NCBI RefSeq assembly: GCF_963921235.1
Contig: NC_086097.1
Span: 97,776,001 to 97,840,000 of the forward strand
DNA: 64,000 nucleotides
Reading direction: 5' to 3'
DNA from: Mobula hypostoma
Taxonomy: Eukaryota
The position numbers and the translations under genes are program-made. The notes beneath the pieces were generated by a model that was not told the origin of the DNA, made no database searches, and saw only the letters and a list, made by a program, of their open reading frames with translations. This document shows, piece after piece, positions 24,686-37,700 of this stretch; the stretch's first letter is position 1, and every line of letters starts with the position of its first letter.

Positions 24686-26881
24686 AAGTTGTACAGTAGT
24701 GAAGTAGACTCTTCAGCCCAGCGCAGCTATGCTGATCCTCATGCCTGCCTGGACTAATCTCACTTCCCTACATTAGTTCCATATCTGCCTATGCTCTGAT
24801 CATTTAAGTACCTCAGTAGATGCCTTTTCAATGTTGTGACTGTTCCTACCTCCTCTGGCAGCTCATTCCGGATACTAACTACTGTTTGCGTGAAAAATAT
24901 ACTCCTCAGATCCCCTTTAAATGCCTTCTTCTCAGCTTAAACCTGTGCCCCTTAGTTTGGGAAACAGACGCTGGCTCTCTAACCCATCTTTGCCCCTCGT
25001 GGTTTGATATACCCCTGTTGTGTCATCCCCTGGCCTCCTCCACTCCATGATAAACAGGTCCAGCCTGTCCAGTCCCTCCTTATGCCTCAAGCCTTTAAGT
25101 CCAGGCACCGTTCCTCTGGATCTTTTCTGCACCTTTCTAGCTAAATCACATCCTTCCTACAGTGCGGTGATTCCAAGTGTGACCTAACCAAAGATTTGTA
25201 ACGTGATATCTCTTAATGAGAGGGGTGATGAGGAAAGGCAGGCTTGAAGATCTGAATGGCCTACATCTGTTACAATGTCTTTATTTTACAAGCTATGTCA
25301 AGGAAATGGAGAAAGCAGAAGGAAGTTTCATTGAAGAGGTTTTCAGTTGAGTTTTTTTTGGCAAAATGTGCCCTTTCAATTTTACTTTGAAAATGCTAAT
25401 AATCAACCAAATTAGGAGTAAATAATCATAAAGCATCTTAACAATTAACTATTATAAACCAGACCCAAATCCACTTCAGCATTAGCTAGAAGGCAAGATG
25501 AAGGAATTCATTTTGTCTTTAACCATTTATCATTTGGAGGGTTGGGGTTGATGGAAAAACGCACTCCATAGAAATGAAGTCCCCTGCCACCGATCTGTTC
25601 CGGGCCCTAGACCGTCTTCACTCAGAGTATGCTGCGGGTGTGGAACAGGCGTGGTAGATGCAGTTCAATTGCAGCATAGAAGTTTGGATAGGTACATGGA
25701 TGAGAGAGCTATAGAGGGCTATGATTTGGGTGCAGGTAGAAGGAATTAGCCAGAAGACCAGGCTAGTACAGAGTAGTTGGGTCAAAAGATCTGTTTCTAT
25801 GCAGTAGTGCTCGAAGGTGCTCCCACAGTGCTGTTTAGGAAGGGGTTCCAAGATTTAATGAAGGTGTTGATATGGTTCCAAGTCAGAATGCTCAGCAGCT
25901 TAGAGGGAAACGTGTGGGTGCTGTTGTTCCTCAATGCCCTTCTCCATTCAGAGATCACAATTTAGGAAGATGCTGTCAGTACCAGGCAGGGTGGGTGGCG
26001 TAATAGCTCCTGTGGATGGTACATTCTATGGGAGGGGCGATAAATGGTTAGAATGGTGAATATGGTGCCTTGTCCTGGATGCCGCTGTGTTGAGCCTGGG
26101 TGGAATTGGAGCTCCACTCACCCAGGCAAGTGAAGAGTATTCCAGCACACCCGCGTGGCCATCCCCTCAGTTGCTCTGGTACCCACGATATTTATTCGGC
26201 AGGGCCAGCTGAGGGTCTGGCACTCTAGATATTCGGAAGGTGACTGTCTCGACAATGGTGACATTGAAGGTTGCAGCAAGTATCTGAGATTAACTTGTTC
26301 CATCGCTCTCACCCTCCATTCCTTTCCAACTGGAGTATGGAAGATGATCAGATTATATATTGTACAATTCATGCTTAACCTATTCACTCATTATCTGGAA
26401 TGACTGCTTATAACTACAGTCACACTTATTCCAATGGTTACAGGGCAAACCCTGCACCAAAAGAAACAGTATGTACCATCATAGAACCTGTGTCAGTGAG
26501 GGAGGTCCTTTCCTTTCGTTTCACTGTCTTTCATCAATTTCAAACATTCAAACCTTCAGCTGCAGAGACAGGCATCAAATGGATTTTGCAAAAAGATCCA
26601 AACAAGCTTTTCAGCAAAACTAAACTGCAACTGTTGTCAACAGAACCGAGTACAGTGGAGTGCTGACCTCCTCCACTCTTACTATGTCATTTGGATATAA
26701 CCAGCAAGTGTGCTTCCTTCAGTGATTAGGGTCAGCAGATTGGTACATGCTGGAATACACTGTTCTGCTTTGCCACCGCTTGCTGCAAACAGATGTACAT
26801 TGCAGCAGAATCTGGCTGAGAATGTTGCTGTCCAAATGTTTTCAGAACCTGCCAAGAAGCAATAATCCTGTTGCTGTACAT

Positions 26882-26980
26882 CAGTCCTGATGAAGAGTCC
26901 CAGCCCCAAACATTGACTGTACCTCTTCCTATAGATGCCACCTGGCCTGCTGCGTTCACCAGCATTTTGTGTGTGTTGCT
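26882..26980 (+). mobile_element. short Penelope-derived element flanked by a 17-bp direct repeat
   Basis: cagtcCTGATGA...; TGTTGCTGTACATCAGT at 26869-26885 and 26974-26990. Confidence 0.75.
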
Positions 26981-27115
26981 GTACATCAGTGTAGGCTGGC
27001 TTTGAGGACCTACTGGAAGAAAGACCTTCCGAATATTTTACCATCCAAACAGTTAACAGCTGAAGTATAATGACCATAACCAAGACAGGGGTAAAAGTCT
27101 CATGTACAGACAAAG

Positions 27116-27121
27116 TTTATT
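27116..27121 (-). terminator. candidate polyadenylation signal (AATAAA) of EIF2AK4, implying a 3' UTR of about 1.55 kb
   Basis: first minus-strand AATAAA I found below the stop codon, followed by GT/T-rich sequence. Confidence 0.4.
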
Positions 27122-28669
27122 TTTCTCCAGATTTACAGCAAAAGTCACTTTATGCTCACTGTTCAATTTCACAATTTAGAATGATCTAAATTTCAAGTAT
27201 AATCAACTTAAGCTTTGAAAGTCCCTGGAGATTGCTCTTACTAAGGGCACCTTGACAAAACGCTAAAAACCAAGTAGTAGCATCAGAACTTCAGGTCTAT
27301 CATTTGGTTGTTCCTCTGGTTGCTGCACCAACAACACGGTCTTAAGGCAGAATAAAAGCATCATGATAAAGTACAATGGCTTCGGTTTGTATCGCTCACC
27401 TTTGATCCTTCAGAATTGTTCAACACCAGCACGACAACAAACTCCGTAGCAGCTAGGCTGTGTTACTTTCCTCACTATTTCTGGCTAATTCTACAATATT
27501 TCATAATTCTACAAACTTAGCTTCAGTCCCGATGCAAGGCTGCTTTTCTGTACAATCAGAAACCAGAGTGACTCAGCTGAGGGGGGACACTATCAATCCT
27601 CAATGGATTGGATAAGCAACACATTAGTAGCAACTTTAAAACCCGTAAAGTACTCCTCAACTCACCAGAGTGGCTCTCGTGCCTGCCGACAGATTGGAGC
27701 CACTAGTTATACACAATCTGGTACTACAACGCTCAGTTAGACATGATTCAAAGATTCTTCTTTGAAAATTAAACACTATGATTCCTAAAGCAAAACAAAT
27801 ACCTCATGAAGCGGGTGGGCCAATCACATTGCCTTATTGTTCGAACTTAGTTAAACAGAAAATCTGCTGACATTGATTAAGGTAGGCTGGTGGATTTAAA
27901 AGGCACTCATTCCCATCAAACAGTTGGCTGCGCGAGACCAAACAGTGAGCAAAACGGCTGCTCGGAAGGAGGGACGAGAGAAAATGCAGCGTGGCTGCAG
28001 GCATGGTTAGCACAGTGGACAGTGGTGGGACACATCGCAGTCCCAGACTCAAGCAGCAAGAGAATTTCTATGACCTGAGCTCTGCTGAACAGTGTGGGGC
28101 AGTCCCACCACGGCTAGATGGTCAGGTGTAATCATTAACGAAGAAAACGCAGGGACTGCTAGTGACAGTAAACGTCTGCCTCAGAAGAGGAACATACTTG
28201 ACTTGTTACATCAGGTCACACCACGGATGGGGCAGTGCCCCTAATGTGAAGGAACGGGCAGCTACTTTGACTGAATGGCAAGGATGCGGTGTGGAGCTGT
28301 GCCTGTCAGCTTTTACTTGGGCTTTAGCTGAAGGAATGGCTGCAGGGTGCAGGGGAGCGTTGGCTGTGGGGTGGGATGGGTGGTTATAGCCTCCATAAAA
28401 CTGGAGCCCAGAGCTTGGGTGGAGAGAGTAACTAGAGGAAGGGATGATGCTGAGATGAACAGCGGAATGACGATGATGGTACAGTTTAACACACTGCACT
28501 AATACGAAGTATGTGCATCCACAACACACTGGATTGACATATTTGATTCAAATATTCCCAGTTTTGTGCTCTCCCAAGTAATTAACTCATGAAACTCCCA
28601 CACATCAAAATAATCTGTGCACACTGCTCCATGCAGTGCTCTTGTACAAACTTCAAACCAGGAATCTCG

Positions 28670-28727
28670 CTAGAACATAATCTGGTAGTAGTCATCTTTG
28701 TAACTGTACAGAAGCAGCATGGACACT
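28670..28727 (-). CDS. EIF2AK4: GCN2 terminal coding exon: (R)[18 protein letters not shown]
   Basis: tttgtctccacag|A; TAG at 28672-28670; resembles the conserved GCN2 C-terminus LYSYxDDYY. Confidence 0.95.
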
Positions 28728-31700
28728 CTGTGGAGACAAAAGGACAAATGTCAGCTACCTCTGTGATACATACTCTGAAAGATGGTTAGTTCCAGAACAC
28801 AAGTCTCTTGTAGCTTGAAGGGATTTGGTTTGTCAACTGAAACACTCAAAATCTCTATAGATGTACCGCAGAGAGCATTCTGAACTGTTGCATCAGTGTC
28901 TGGTATGAGCGGGGCGGGGGGGGGGGGGTGCTCCTGCAAGGACAGAAAGAAAAACACCTTCATGTTTCACAAAGTCGGCATCCATTATTATCACGCAGGG
29001 CATGCCCTCTTCTCATTGTGACCATCAAGAAGGAGGTGCAGAAGCCTGAAGGCACACACTCAATGATTCAGGAACAGCTTCTTCCCCCTCTGCTATACAA
29101 TTCTTAAATGGACATTGAACCCATGAACACTGCCTCACTTTCTGTATATGTGTGTATATATTTTGTGTGTTTGCACTGTTTTTAATCTATTCGATATATA
29201 AATATACTTTAATTTATCTATTTATTTTCTTTCTATATTATTATGTATTGCATTGAACTGCTGCTGCTGAATTAACAAATTTCACGACACATGCCAGTGA
29301 TAATAAACCTGATTCTGACTTTATATAACCCTTGCTACACCTACCCTAGGACAACTCTCATGAAGCACAATAGAAAAGCGTTCACTCCACTTTATCCAAT
29401 GCAACCAGCGTTTAAGGTCAAATACTATTTATGCCCAAACCTTCAGTAATCGGCTGCTAAATTTCAGAAATAATTTTGTGATCAGGAAACAAATCGTTAA
29501 TGCCATTCCTTTGAAATATGGTAGGAGTTGTAATTGATCCAAGTTTCATCACAGTGAAACTGGCCTGAAACAACATCCCATTCTCCACACTCTCCTTACA
29601 GCAGCTGTGGTTCTCCACTGCGGTGAGAAGCGAGGCAGAGACCCTGCCAGAGTACCTCAACCAGGAATCCTGCCCTCACAACGCCCACCCCACACATTAC
29701 CACCTCTGCATCAACCAGGAGTCCTGCCCCCACAACGCCCACCCCACACATTACCACCTCTGCAGCAACCAGGAGTCCTGCCCCCACAACGCCCACCCCA
29801 CACATTACCACCTCTGCAGCAACCAGGAATCCTGCCCCCACAACGTACAGCCCACACATTACCACCTCTGCAGCAACCAGGTGTCCTGCCCCCACAACGC
29901 CCACCCCACACATTACCACCTCTGCAGCAACCAGGAATCCTGCCCCCACAACGCCCACCCCACACATTACCACCTCTGCAGCAACCAGGAGTCCTGCCCC
30001 CACAACGTCCACCCCACACATTACCACCTCTGCAGCAACCAGGAGTCCTGCCCCCACAACGCCCACCCCACACATTACCACCTCTGCAGCAACCAGGAGT
30101 CCTGCCCCCACAACGTCCACCCCACACATCACCACCTCTGCAGCAACCAGGAGTCCTGCCCCCACAACGCCCACCCCACACATTACCACCTCTGCAGCAA
30201 CCAGGAGTCCTGCCCCCACAATGCCCACCCCACACATTTTTGGAACTCAGCTGGCCTTACCTCTTGATTAACTTGAAGTGGTGGATTTGGTCACAAATGG
30301 ATTTCAGATATCGTTGTTTAGGTGACTGAGAGAGTAGCTGTTGGACACTGGTGTAAAATGTTTGCTCGTCCCTGTCACACTGGGAAAACAAGAACAGAGA
30401 ATAAGGAAGGCAGACCAAGAAACAACTTCATTATCAGGCCAATGCAAGGCTGAAACCGTTCAACCTTCTCATCAGGAGCATTACTGAACAGTACCTGACT
30501 TATGTACGCTTGCTTCAGGCAAATCTCTTACCTCAACCTGACCCACTTTTTGCAGTGACTCCACTCTTCAAAAGGAGGAGAGGCATCTCAGTTATTGATG
30601 TGTGGGGAACAAGCCAGAATCAGTTTGGGTCATGATGTCTGATGATTTGGTGAGGCCTCACCACTCACCCACAGCCTATAGAGCTAGCTTGTTAGCAACC
30701 CAGTGGCAACCACAGGGACTCAGCCAGTCAGGTAATCTGGGAGAAAAGCAGGACTGGCACCAGAATTGTATGAACCCTCCCTACTACGTAGTGAATGTTA
30801 CTTGTGAAATAGTCACTTAGCGCTAGTACACCCAGAACTCAGCAGATCAGGCAGCACCCGTGGAAAGACAAATTGAGTTCATATTTCAGGGGAGTTCAGA
30901 TACTGTCTGACCAGCTGAGTATTTTCAGCAATTTCGGTTTTTATCTCTGACTTGACTTTTCATTTACAGTGAGTTGTTTAGACTGAAACCCTTACCTTCA
31001 GTGACAAGAAGCTCTTCACGGTTTCCTTCGACACATCAACCTGCAAATTATATCATACGTGTAACTCGTAGGAATTTATCACCGTGCTCACTGTTTCACA
31101 CAACTCCTCGTGACTGGGCGTGCTCACAGCTCACTCTAAACCCTACGTGACAGAGATGCTGGAGAGTAAAGGCAGTTTTCCCGAGCTGAGAGTGCTGCAA
31201 GTGCAGTACGGGAAAACCGGCCCAGTTAAGCAGGAAATTCAGAGGCCCACAAGCCATAAAGCCCTGGTGGCTGAGAAATTCAGCACAGACACTCTCTCGT
31301 GTGTACGACAGTGTCCAGGTTGGATCGATCAATCAATTCAGTAGGTTTCCCTCTCATGAGGAGGTTACAATGCTCAAAGTCGCCCCACCGTTGAGCATAC
31401 CCACAAGAAGTGTTGTCGCAGGGAAGTAGCGTCCGTCATCAGAGACCCCCACCACCCAGGACATGCTCTCTTCTCACTGCTGGCATCAGGAAGAAAGTAC
31501 AGGAGCCTCAGGACCCACACCACCAGGTTCAGGAACAGTTATTACTGCTCAACCATCAGGCTCTTGAACCAAAGGAGATAAGTTCATTCAACTTCACTTG
31601 CCCCATCATTGAAATGTTCCCATGACCTATGAACTCACTTGCAAGGACTCTTCATCTCACAGTCTCAATACTTATAGCTTAATTATTTATTATTATTGTT

Positions 31701-34700
31701 TCTTTCTTTTAGTATTTGCACAGTGGTTCAACAGCCAAGTTGGTGCGGTCTTTCATTGATTCTATTACGGACTTTCTGAGAAGACCCACAAAAAATTAAT
31801 TTCAAGGTTGTATATGGTGATGGATATATACTTTGATAATATATTTAGCTTGAACCTGAAAAGAACTGGGAAAAGGGATAAGGGTTGGCCTCCCCTCCCC
31901 CAATACTCACTGCCAGGAATCACTTGTCAACACCAAAATCACAGAAAAGATTAAAATCCCATCAAATAGAGCAGCCCTCATTAACTGGAAATAATAACAA
32001 GTTGATTAAATAGGAAAGTCACCAAGATGAAGCTGGGACAAAGTGCTGCTTAGTTACTGGTGTTTGGGCCAGTCTAGCTGAGGGAAACTAGCAGCAGCAG
32101 GTATCTACCATTTCCTACTTCATCATCAAACTTAATGCTCCACACAGAGATGGTACAGAACATTTTATACAGTTGGGACACCCTGCCTTCTCCAGACAAC
32201 CACATCAGTGCAACACCAGGGCAGTGTCCCTGAAATGGCTTCCCCTCACACTGAAATCAGAGATCTCCTTCTCTGAGCTGCGAGCTGCTTTAGTTGTAGG
32301 GCAGTGCCCCGACATGTTTAAGAAATGGGTTACCAATCAAAACTTGACACAGAATTTCAGAGCGTAGGACCCAGGCAACCATACACACTATCTGAATGCT
32401 GGCGGGTCCACAAGGGGCTAGAATTTGAAGTGGAAACTTATAGAACTCAGTGGGTTCCTGAGGATGAAGAGAGATTTGAATTAGAGGACTGGGTTATTTT
32501 AAACCAAAGCACGAGGGAGATGGAGCTGGAGCTGTCGTTCAGTGAAAACAACGGTGGAAGGTGAGCTCATGGACAACATCAGGACGATATTCCAACACGG
32601 CAGTGAGGAAGTTGCCTTCTCCTCTGGTGTTCCCTTATGGTTGAGGATGCTCTGATTCCCTTCCACTACCAAGGGCCATTACAGCCAAACTACCAGAGTG
32701 CGAACAGCACGAGATCTTGGCCCTATGTCAGGGAGGTCCAAAGCATTTGAAGACCAGAGCCTGATGCACAAACTCACTGCACACACACAGTCTCAGTGCT
32801 GACTGTCAGAAGTACCAACTGGCAAAAAAAGGATCTTGGGAGGGGGTACAGGACAGATCTGCTAGAATGTGCCTGGGATTGATGAGGTTTTTAGAGCCTA
32901 ACCTGAGCCCCAGCTTCCTTCTTAAATCAGCAAAAATTGTTTGACTCAATTCAAACCAAGGGAAGTTTTTGCAGAGCTGTGATCAACATTTAAACCCGGT
33001 AAATGCGAGTTTAATATAACAGATCACCCGCTGAAATATCTCACTGCTGTGGGATTACGATAGTGGAGAATGATATCTGTTGTAACACTCTCATGAAACT
33101 GCTTGGTTGCCATTTCAATAGTTTGAGTTAGAAAGAGATAGAAGAACAAGATTAGGCCATACAGCCCATCAAACCTGTTCCGTTTTCAATCAGATAATGG
33201 CTGCTCCATATGCTATTCTCACTTACCCACTTGGGTTCTGTAGCCTTTAATACCGTTACCTAGCAAAGCATCTAACTTTCTGTGATCCTTGGCTTGATCA
33301 GTACATTTTAGACGGGGAGAGGGAAACAATAAACACTGCTCCTTCATGTTACTCCTGTGTGCTCTCCCTTGTTCTAGATTTCACACGCCCATCCCCGAGG
33401 ACAGACTTCCTCCCAACTCTCTCATCTAACCCTCCAATCACCTTAAACATTTCATCTTCAGCATTCGTAGAAATGTAACTTTAGGCTCTAAAAACCTCAT
33501 CAATCCCAGGCACATTCTAGCAGATCTGTCCTGTACCCCCTCCCAAGATCATTATAGTGTCCTCGTTGTGTACCGCCCAGAACTAAAGACAGGGCCTAAT
33601 CAAAGGTTTATCCACGTGCAAGAGCTCCTTGAACAAAGCCCAACATTGCACCCGCACCTGAATCTGTCCATCGGTAGCTAGTGACTAGTACAGAACAGAA
33701 ATAAGCCCTTCTGTGCCAGCTATGATGCCAATCTAAACCAGTCCATCTCCCTACACAACTTTTGTAATTCTCAATTTCCTGTTTCTAAATCCCTCTTAAA
33801 TATTACTATTGTATCTGCTTCTACCACCTCCCTGGCAGCCTGTCCAAGCATTAACAACTCCCTCTGTAAAAGAAAAACTTACTTCACAAATCTTTAAACC
33901 TTCCTCCCCCCACCGTATGGCCTCTGGTACCTGACATTTCCATCCTGGGAAAAGACTCTGACCATCTACTCTATCTTTACCTCTCGTAATTTTATACATC
34001 TCTCTCAGCCCCTGACACTCCAGAGAAAAGTCTGTCCAAGCTCTTTACAGCTAATACTCTCTAACCTAGGCAGCATTCTGATGAACATGCTATACACTCT
34101 CTCCAAAGCCTCCACAGCCGTTCTGTAATATACTCCAAATGTGGCCTGCCTAAGGTTTTAAAGAGCTGCAATCCGAGTTTAGCCAATTTCGATACTCAAT
34201 ACCCTGATTTACCTGCACGTAATCAATCCACACCTTGTGTCCTCCACAATTCTACACATCTTGCCATTAAATAAAAACCTGGATTTATCTTTCATACTGC
34301 TACAGCTCTCTGCACTCCCAGACAGGCCATTTATGAAACAAACATTGAAACGGATCAGGTCATCGATATTTAAATGCAAACAACAGGAATTCTGCAGATG
34401 CTGGAAATTCAAGCAACACACATCAAAGTTGCTGGTGAACGCAGCAGGCCAAGCAGCATCTATAGGAAGAGGCGCAGTCGACGTTTCAGGCCGAGACCCT
34501 TCGTCAGGACTAACTGAAGGAAGAGTGACACTCTTCCTTCAGTTAGTCCTGACGAAGGGTCTCGGCCTAAAACGTCGACTGCGCCTCTTCCTATAGATGC
34601 TGCTTGGCCTGTAGCTCATCAATATTGTTCTCTTTAATCTCTAACATCTGGCTCAGCTCAGCTCACTTTAATGGGAGCCTTTTAACAACAGGAGGAAGAA

Positions 34701-37700
34701 AGGGAAACAATGTCCCTCTTTCTTCCTCTTGGTTCTCACCTTGATCTCCCTCCAGCTGCCCAGCCCTCTGCCCCAATCATTGAGCCATGTCCCTTTGCAT
34801 TGCTTCATTCCCCAGGGTCCCCACACACACTGCACCCATCAATCAGACACTTACCATTAAAACTTCAATTTCACTCCCTTTCTGCTGCAGGTTACTGACA
34901 AAGCTTTTAAGTCTTGTTACAACCTGAGAAGAAAGTTATGCGGGATGAGGAAAACTCAGACAAGTGCTGCAGCAAATTATAATAAAGCAGCAGCCGACAT
35001 TCATTGCGGCTCACTACAGACGCTGGTTTTGACAAGCACTGTTTTTATCGATGCCAACACAGTCTTATTACAGCCATGATCTTGTTTCTAGTATCAGCAC
35101 AAATTCATAGGAAAATGCATGTCATTAAAAGCCACAATCTTTGGGAGAGCACTAACTTAGTTTGCAGGACTGGGTACAAAGGTAGAGAGTAAACTGTAAA
35201 AATACTTCTCAGCCATGAATGATGTTGTTCAATGTTCAAATGTATATTGTGCCCTGACTTTCCTACAGTATTTGGTAATGTTCACTCATTATGTGCTGTG
35301 TTCTATGATATGGGCAATCATGATCTCCATGATCATGACTGCTCTTGGCAAATTTTTCTACAGAAGCGGTTTGTCATTGCCTTCTGGGCAGCGTCTTTGC
35401 AAGGGAGTTGACTCGTGCCTTTATCAATACTCTACAGAAAGATGGTCCCAGTGGTCACATAACCAGGACTTGTGATGTACACCAGCTGCTCGTATGACCA
35501 TCCACCACCTGCGCCCATGGCTTCATGTGACCCTGATCCGGGGGGGGTGCTTAGCAGATGTTACACCTTACCCAGGGGTGGTAATGAGTCTCCTATAGCA
35601 CGACAACACTGAAGAAGAAAACCTCTCACCTTCTCTCTGTACTGCTCTTTGTTGCTGACAGATAACTTGTCAGGTGGAATGAAAGTGAGATGTGGGGTAA
35701 TTGAACCTCCGTTTGATTCAAAAGATCCTGTGAGAAGACGACAATAAATAAATTACTAATGTAGTTTTGGCCCATAAGACGCAAGAGCAGAATTAGGCCA
35801 TTTGGCCCATCAAGTCTGCTCCGCTATTCAATCATGGCTGATCCCTCTTCCCCTCCTCAGACCCACTCCCAGCCTTCTCCCTATAAACTTTGATGCCCTG
35901 TCCAATCAAGAACCTATAAAGCTCTGCCTTAAATACACCTAACGACCTGGCCTCCGCAACTGCCTGTGATAACAAACTCCACAAATTCACCACCCAACAG
36001 CTAAAGAAATTTCTCTGCATCTGTTTTAAATGGACGCCCCTCTATCTTGTGGCTGTGCCCTTGTCCTAGACTCCTGCACCATGGGAAACAACTTTTCCAC
36101 ATCTACTCTGTCGACACCTTTCAACTTATAAAAGGTTTCAATGAGATCCCCCTTCATTCTTCTAAATTCCACGAGTAGAGACCCAGAGCCATCAAACGTT
36201 CCTCGTATGATAACCTCTTCATTCCTGGAATCATCCTTGTGAACCTCCCCTGGACCCTCTCCAATGCCAGCACATCTCTTTTTAGATGAGGGGCCCAAAA
36301 CTGTTCACAATATTGAAGGTGAGGCCTCACCTGTGCCCTATAAAGCCTCAGCATCACATCCCTGCTTTTGTATTCTAGACCTCTTGAAATTAATACTAAC
36401 ACTGCATTTGCCTTCCTCGCCACTGACTCTACCTGCAAGTTAACCTTTAAGCTGTTCTGCACAAGGACTCCAAGTCCTTTTGCACCACAGATTTTTGGAT
36501 TGCCTCCCTGTTTAGAAAATAGTCTGCACATTATTTCTACTACCAAAGTGCATGACCATGCATTTTCCAACATCGTATTTCATTTGCCACTCTCTTGCCC
36601 ATTCTCCTAATTTGTCCAAGTCCTTCTGCAGCCTACCTGTTTCCTCAACACTACCTGCACCTCTACTAATCTTCGTATCATCTGCAAACTTGGCAACAAA
36701 GCCATCTATTGCATCATCTAAATTACTGATATATAGCACAAAAAAGCAGCCCAAGATCGACCCCTGTGGAACACCACTAGTCACTGGCAGCCAACCAGAA
36801 AAGAATCCTTTTATTCCCACTCGCTTCCTCCTACCAATAAGCTAATGCTTTAACCATGCCAGTAACTTTCCTGTAATACCATTAGCTCTTAACTTGGCAA
36901 GCAGCTTCATGTGTGGCACCTTGTCAAAGACCTTCTGAAAATCCAAATATACAACATCCACTGCATCCCCTTTATTTGTAATCTTCTCAAAGAATTCCAA
37001 CAGGTTCGTTAGGTAATATTTTCCCTTAAGGAAACGGTGCTGACTTTGTCCTCTCTTGTACTGTGTCACCTCACCCTGAACAATTGACTCCAACATCTTC
37101 CCAACCACAGAGGTCAGGCTAACTGGTCTATAATTTCCTGCTGCTGCCTTCATCCTTTCTTTAAGAGTGGAGTGACATTTGCAATTTTTCAGTCCTCTGG
37201 CACCATGCCAGAGTCCAATGATTTTTGAAAGATCATTCCACACTCTCTAACACTACCTCTTTCAGAACCCTAGGGTGCAGTTCATCTGGTCTGGTGGGAA
37301 GTCTGAGATACCAACGGAAGGCAGCAAATGGCAGGTTCATTTAAAAGGTAACGAAACTCAGGAACACAGATATCACTCAGTAACATTACTTCTAAAGGGT
37401 CCAAACCGGAGGAAGACTGTAGGAATAAGAGAAATAGGACCAGGAGTGCAGCTTTCGCTGATCGATCTCAAAACCATTACTATGACACATTCACTTCCAG
37501 AAATCCATCCATCTCTAATTCAATGCCTGAGTCAACACAGCTTCTGAGATTCCCAAGATTTACAGCCATGAAGAAATTTCTGCTCATCTGCTAAACTGGA
37601 ATTCAGAAGAAATGAAGTGTGACCTCATTGAAACCTATCAAATGGTGAAAGGCCTTGATAGAGTGGATGTGGAGTGGATGTTTCCTATGGTGGGAGAGTC

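Noticed and set aside
1..28600. SRP14, the human tail-to-tail neighbour of EIF2AK4
   Set aside because: No SRP14-like peptide found by eye; short exons could be missed, so absence needs TBLASTN.
21177..30237. CRISPR-like appearance of the two arrays
   Set aside because: Head-to-tail units with no unique spacers, eukaryotic context, no cas genes.
29596..30329. Pro-rich and Cys/His-rich repetitive ORFs
   Set aside because: Translations of the 54-bp intronic minisatellite, not a protein.
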